DNA of 64,000 nucleotides from Limisphaerales bacterium (lineage in GTDB: Bacteria > Verrucomicrobiota > Verrucomicrobiia > Limisphaerales > JACDHS01). Shown in pieces: positions 60,031 through 64,000 of this stretch; the first letter of the stretch is position 1; every line of letters begins with the position of its first letter. A model generated the notes under the pieces. The model worked only from the letters and a program-made list of their open reading frames with translations. It did not search any database and was not told the DNA's origin. Made by a program: the position numbers and the translations under genes. The DNA is taken from assembly GCA_046597605.1 (NCBI GenBank), contig JBKJKE010000132.1, forward strand, positions 3,769 to 67,768, in the 5' to 3' direction.

Positions 60031-60200
60031 TGACAACTCCCCCAACACCCGTAACCGTCTCCCATATCGCGAAACTCCGAACGCTCATTGCAGAAAATGA
60101 ACAGTCTCTCTTCGAAATGAGAGCGGTCAGAAGCGTGGGCCAAAAACCTCGCTCGATTCGCCGAAGTCCCGCGAACCGAATTTCTTTGAATTTACGGTAG
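60030..60200 (+). CDS. Putative leaderless 56-aa basic small protein
   Basis: MTTPPTPVTVSHIAKLRTLIAENEQSLFEMRAVRSVGQKPRSIRRSPANRISLNLR*; extended -10 at leaderless distance. Confidence 0.4.
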   Translation: MTTPPTPVTVSHIAKLRTLIAENEQSLFEMRAVRSVGQKPRSIRRSPANRISLNLR

Positions 60201-60247
60201 TTTCCCTTGGCGATTTTCAGAAGCGAGTGGTTTAATCCGCTCGCTTT

Positions 60248-62692
60248 ATGACATCTTCACATCTGTTTACAAGGCGGTGGGTACAGGTTGCTATCCTCTC
60301 GGTTTTCCTGCTAGGCCACTTGGTTTCAGCACAGACTCCTACGCCCAAGGGTTTAGATTCATCTTCTCTGGCAGCGCCCAGGGGCCAATTCAATCCTGAC
60401 AAACTCGGGGATATGGACGCCGCCATTCTCCAGGCGATCAGCGAACAGAAATGTCCCGGAGGTGTTTTGTGGTTGGAACACAATGGCACGGTCTATTCAA
60501 AAGCCTTTGCGAACCGCGCCGTGAAGCCGGGGGTAGAGGCCGCTACGCTGGATACGATTTACGACGCTGCCTCCCTTACCAAGGTTTGTGCCACAACTCC
60601 CTCCCTGATGCTTCTCGTTGAGCGAGGACTCATTCAACTCGATGCCCCGGTTGCGACCTACATCCCGGAGTTTGCAGCGCAAGGAAAGGAAGCAGTCACG
60701 ATTCGGCATTTGATGACTCATACGTCAGGTCTCCGGTCCGGCATTGGCGGAAACGAAGGTTGGTCTGATTACGAAAGCCTCATCAAAAAAGCATGTGAAG
60801 AGAAGTTGCGCACGACTCCCGGGACCATGCTGGTTTATAGCGATATCAACTTCTTCACCCTGGGCGAAGTGGTCCGACGTGCCAGCGGCCAGCATCTAAA
60901 CGAATTCGTGGCAAAAGAATTTTACCAACCGCTGAAGATGGTGGATACGGGATATTTGCCGCCTAAAGAAAAATGGAGTCGGATCGCACCCACCGAACCG
61001 GGTGCCGACGGCAAGATGCTGCGTGGAATCGTGCATGATCCAACGGCCCGCAAGATGGGCGGGGTGGCAGGCCATGCCGGACTCTTCACCACCGCTTCTG
61101 ATCTCGCGCGCTATGCGCGCATGTTGCTTAACGAAGGTGAACTGGATGGCGTGCGCGTTTTCAAACCCGAAACTGTCCGCCTGATGAGAAGCGTGCAAAC
61201 GCCGGAAACGATCAATGCACGTCGGGGCCTGGGTTGGGATATCGACTCCCCATTTTCGGGACCACGTGGCAGCGTTTTCCCGTTGGGTTCCTTTGGCCAC
61301 ACCGGTTGGACGGGGACCAGCCTGTGGATGGATCCGTTTTCCCAGACGTTCGTGATTTTTCTAAGTAATCGAAATCACCCGGACGGCAAGGGGATCGTTA
61401 CGGGTTTGCGTTCCAGGTTGGGAACGCTGGCTGCGGAAGCGGTCACGGATTTTGATTTTGTGAATGCACCGTCAGGCGCCCTGGCTCCGAAAGTCCGGCG
61501 CAGTGAACCTAAGATCGTGCTCAATGGCATTGATGTTCTCGTCCGCGAACATTTCATCCGCTTGCGGGGGCTGAAGGTTGCTCTGATTACGAATCATACG
61601 GGGCAGGACAGGGATCGGAACCCAACGATCGACCTGTTGAAAAATGCTCCTGGTGTGGAACTCAAAGCGCTCTTTGCTCCAGAGCATGGCCTGCGCGGGG
61701 CAGTGGATGAACACGTGGCGGATGGTGTGGATGAGAAGACGGGCCTGCCGATCTACAGCCTTTATAACAACCCTCCCAGGCGCGAGTCCGGCCAGTCGGA
61801 TGCTGATTTCGAAATGGCATCCATCCGGGCTCGGGCACCGCAACCTGAGCAGATGAAAGATATCGATGCTCTCATTTACGACATTCAGGATATCAGCGCG
61901 CGCTTTTACACTTACAGCGCGACATTGGGTGCGTCTATCGAAGCTGCGGCCAAGGCGGGCAAGAAAATTTATGTGCTCGACCGTGTTAACCCGATCACGG
62001 GCAAATTCGAAGGTCCGGTGCAAACCCGTCACCCCAGTTTTATCGGCTTCCATAACATTCCGGTGCGACATGGAATGACCTTCGGGGAGCTCGCAGGGAT
62101 GTTTAACAAAGAACGGAAGTTCGGTGCGAATATCGAAGTCGTGAAACTGGAAAACTGGAGTCACGACCTGTGGTATGACGAAACCGGACTCCCCTGGTCT
62201 CATCCTTCTCCTAACATGCGGAGCCTGAATGCGGCCACGCTCTACACCGGCATTTGCCTTTTGGAATCAACCAGGGTCTCGATGGGACGCGGTACGGATA
62301 CGCCCTTTGAAGTGTTTGGCGCACCGTTTATCGATGATGTTCGGTTTGCCTGGGAAATGAACCGTGCCAATCTTCCCGGAGTATCGTTTGTTCCGATCCG
62401 GTTTACACCGGCTAAAGGTGCCAAGTTGGGTGGGATCCAATGCGGAGGGGTCCACTGCGTCATCACAGGTCGGGAAAAGCTTAACGCTGTCGATATTGGT
62501 ATTGTTGCGGCGCAGGTCCTTTACCGCTTGTATCCGAAGGATTTCGATATCGACAAAATGGAACGATTGCTCGGACATAATGCCACGCTGCAAGCAATCA
62601 AAGACGCTAAAACGTTGCAGGAAATCAAGCAGATCTGGGTGCCGGAACTGGAGCAATACGCGGTTCGCCGGAAACAGTTCCTTCTGTATTGA
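60248..62692 (+). CDS. Secreted fusion: beta-lactamase-family serine hydrolase + exo-beta-N-acetylmuramidase NamZ (DUF1343)
   Basis: ASLTK, LMTHTSG, YSDINF, VHDP, GHAGLF, GHTGWTG; then GIDVL, TNHTG, APEHG, DIQD..RFYTY, LDRVNP, RHGMT.GE, PSPNM, GRGT..PFE. Confidence 0.92.
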   Translation: MTSSHLFTRRWVQVAILSVFLLGHLVSAQTPTPKGLDSSSLAAPRGQFNPDKLGDMDAAILQAISEQKCPGGVLWLEHNGTVYSKAFANRAVKPGVEAATLDTIYDAASLTKVCATTPSLMLLVERGLIQLDAPVATYIPEFAAQGKEAVTIRHLMTHTSGLRSGIGGNEGWSDYESLIKKACEEKLRTTPGTMLVYSDINFFTLGEVVRRASGQHLNEFVAKEFYQPLKMVDTGYLPPKEKWSRIAPTEPGADGKMLRGIVHDPTARKMGGVAGHAGLFTTASDLARYARMLLNEGELDGVRVFKPETVRLMRSVQTPETINARRGLGWDIDSPFSGPRGSVFPLGSFGHTGWTGTSLWMDPFSQTFVIFLSNRNHPDGKGIVTGLRSRLGTLAAEAVTDFDFVNAPSGALAPKVRRSEPKIVLNGIDVLVREHFIRLRGLKVALITNHTGQDRDRNPTIDLLKNAPGVELKALFAPEHGLRGAVDEHVADGVDEKTGLPIYSLYNNPPRRESGQSDADFEMASIRARAPQPEQMKDIDALIYDIQDISARFYTYSATLGASIEAAAKAGKKIYVLDRVNPITGKFEGPVQTRHPSFIGFHNIPVRHGMTFGELAGMFNKERKFGANIEVVKLENWSHDLWYDETGLPWSHPSPNMRSLNAATLYTGICLLESTRVSMGRGTDTPFEVFGAPFIDDVRFAWEMNRANLPGVSFVPIRFTPAKGAKLGGIQCGGVHCVITGREKLNAVDIGIVAAQVLYRLYPKDFDIDKMERLLGHNATLQAIKDAKTLQEIKQIWVPELEQYAVRRKQFLLY

Positions 62693-62708
62693 GCGTGTGA
62701 ACGGGAAT

Positions 62709-62737
62709 AAAAAAGCCTGCTCTTTCGAGCAGGCTTA
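62709..62737. terminator. Intrinsic terminator between convergent genes
   Basis: AAAAAAGCCTGCTC-TTTC-GAGCAGGCTT. Confidence 0.8.
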
Positions 62738-62769
62738 AGACGATCGCTAATGCGCCTGTTTACTTCAGG

Positions 62770-63264
62770 CTACGGTTGGGCATCAACGTCACGTTCGATT
62801 ATAATCTCGCGCGTTTCTTCGCGCTGGACTTGTGGAGCGGCATTTTTGCGGTTCCAGCGATCACGCCATGTCCGGCGCTGCGGCTGATCCGCACCTGCAG
62901 CTTCGATCACAATGGTGTCCTGTGCTTCGGCTGGGACTGCGTTGATCACTTCCGGATTGTAGGATAGCAACGCACTGGCGTCAGCGCTGTCGTTAGGAGT
63001 CTCGGGACGGACATTCGGCGACACAACGGTGCTAATGGTCGACGATTGTGCAGAACTGGACTTCCAGAACCCATCGCGCTGTTCGGGGTGGGTGTCTGGA
63101 CGGCGGTTGGTTAGATCAACAGGCGCATGTGCAATCGATACTGGATCGAGCACTGCGACTCGGGGTTGTTGCGCGCAGCCCGCCCATAAAAGGGACCCGA
63201 CGGTGCTGGCTAGGACAATTCGGAGGAGTTTCGCCTTGGAGTGGATGGTTTCGGTCATGTTCAT
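62770..63264 (-). CDS. Hypothetical lipoprotein, low complexity
   Basis: Lipobox-like LLWAGC followed by a disordered Ser/Pro/Ala-rich region. Confidence 0.6.
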   Translation of the reverse strand: MNMTETIHSKAKLLRIVLASTVGSLLWAGCAQQPRVAVLDPVSIAHAPVDLTNRRPDTHPEQRDGFWKSSSAQSSTISTVVSPNVRPETPNDSADASALLSYNPEVINAVPAEAQDTIVIEAAGADQPQRRTWRDRWNRKNAAPQVQREETREIIIERDVDAQP

Positions 63265-63522
63265 ACGCTACGACCGGGATTCGTTTGGAACAATTGGCAC
63301 ACACTCCTAGCTAGCCTATGGGCAGACAGGGACCGGAGTGTCTCAAAACAAATGCCCGGCAGACCTCGGGGAATCGGGTGGTTTGCCTCTCAGCGGTCAC
63401 TTTTAGAGGACACTGCTCAAAAAATGTACACAGCATAGGCTGGTTTGAAGGTGAATAGGGGGAAAACGTAAGAATTATCGGAGTTATCCGGATCTGGCAT
63501 TGCCACTGCTAATGGAGATGTA

Positions 63523-63999
63523 ATGAGATTTTTCGGTAAGTGTATTTTAGCTATCCAGTTGCTCGCAGGGCTACTGGCCGCGACATCCACGCAAGCTCTC
63601 ACCGTGGACGAGATTCGTGCTATGCCCGACCTCACACCGGACAAGTTTGCGAGTCTCTTCTCGGATTTCAAATTTCGTTTCCATGAAGAAGTGCAGGATT
63701 TTCAAACCTTTATCACCACCAAGTCTGGTGATTGTGATGACTACGCGACACTCGCGGCAGACGTCCTTTCAAAGCGCGGCTATACTCCTCGTTTGATTGC
63801 AGTGCGGATGAAGGGTGAGACCCACGTGGTTTGCTACATCGAAGAAACCCGCAGCTACCTGGATTACAACAGCCGGAAAGACAGTCAGAAGTTGGTCTTG
63901 TGCAACAACGTCCTGACGGGGATCGCACGTTCTGTGGCTGATTCCTTTTCCAAAGATTGGATCGCTACCTACGAATTTACCTACTCGAAGAAAGAAAAA
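63523..63999 (+). CDS. Secreted transglutaminase-like cysteine peptidase (partial, runs off the window)
   Basis: Hand translation MRFFGKCILAIQLLAGLLAATSTQA-LTVDEI...GDCDDYA...THVVC...YLDYN (Cys-His-Asp triad); GGAG RBS. Confidence 0.8.
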   Translation, partial: MRFFGKCILAIQLLAGLLAATSTQALTVDEIRAMPDLTPDKFASLFSDFKFRFHEEVQDFQTFITTKSGDCDDYATLAADVLSKRGYTPRLIAVRMKGETHVVCYIEETRSYLDYNSRKDSQKLVLCNNVLTGIARSVADSFSKDWIATYEFTYSKKEK

Positions 64000-64000
64000 G

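Noticed and set aside
59830-60048. 73-aa N-terminal extension of the SDR in the ORF track (similar extensions on glgB, mutT, the PHP gene and potC)
   Set aside because: Family homology begins at downstream start codons; the extensions are longest-ORF artefacts.

Overview
Bacterial chromosomal DNA, mostly core or housekeeping genes. Gene style and content suggest a Verrucomicrobiota (PVC) genome; this is inference and was not tested. The window holds about 50 well-supported CDS, including prc, glgB, a folP-like gene, an aquaporin, an ABC transporter, ppnP, glpK, ppk2, mutT, gatCA, a PHP histidinol-phosphatase, purA, uppS, potABC, a split ligD, a GH9 and a NamZ fusion. There are three tRNAs (Arg-TCT, Ser-CGA, Leu-CAA). 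I saw no integrase, transposase or CRISPR. The strongest candidate for an undescribed system is the five-gene redox locus at 27649-34400. It encodes a membrane-anchored FAD/NAD(P)/2Fe-2S reductase, a cyclic-nucleotide-binding protein fused to a 4x[4Fe-4S] ferredoxin, a four-His (di-heme-b-like) membrane protein, a decaheme cytochrome with a Cys-rich N-terminal domain, and a divergent tetraheme cytochrome. Together these look like a cyclic-nucleotide-gated transmembrane electron conduit. Other notable items are five sequence-unrelated intergenic arrays sharing a 41-43 bp period, several small membrane-protein ORFs missed by the ORF track (including twin 30-aa peptides behind tRNA-Leu), a CX5R phosphatase/cytochrome c' fusion, a DHPS homologue lacking key catalytic residues, and recurrent leaderless promoter architecture. 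All product calls come from motif recognition by eye; no database search was run.
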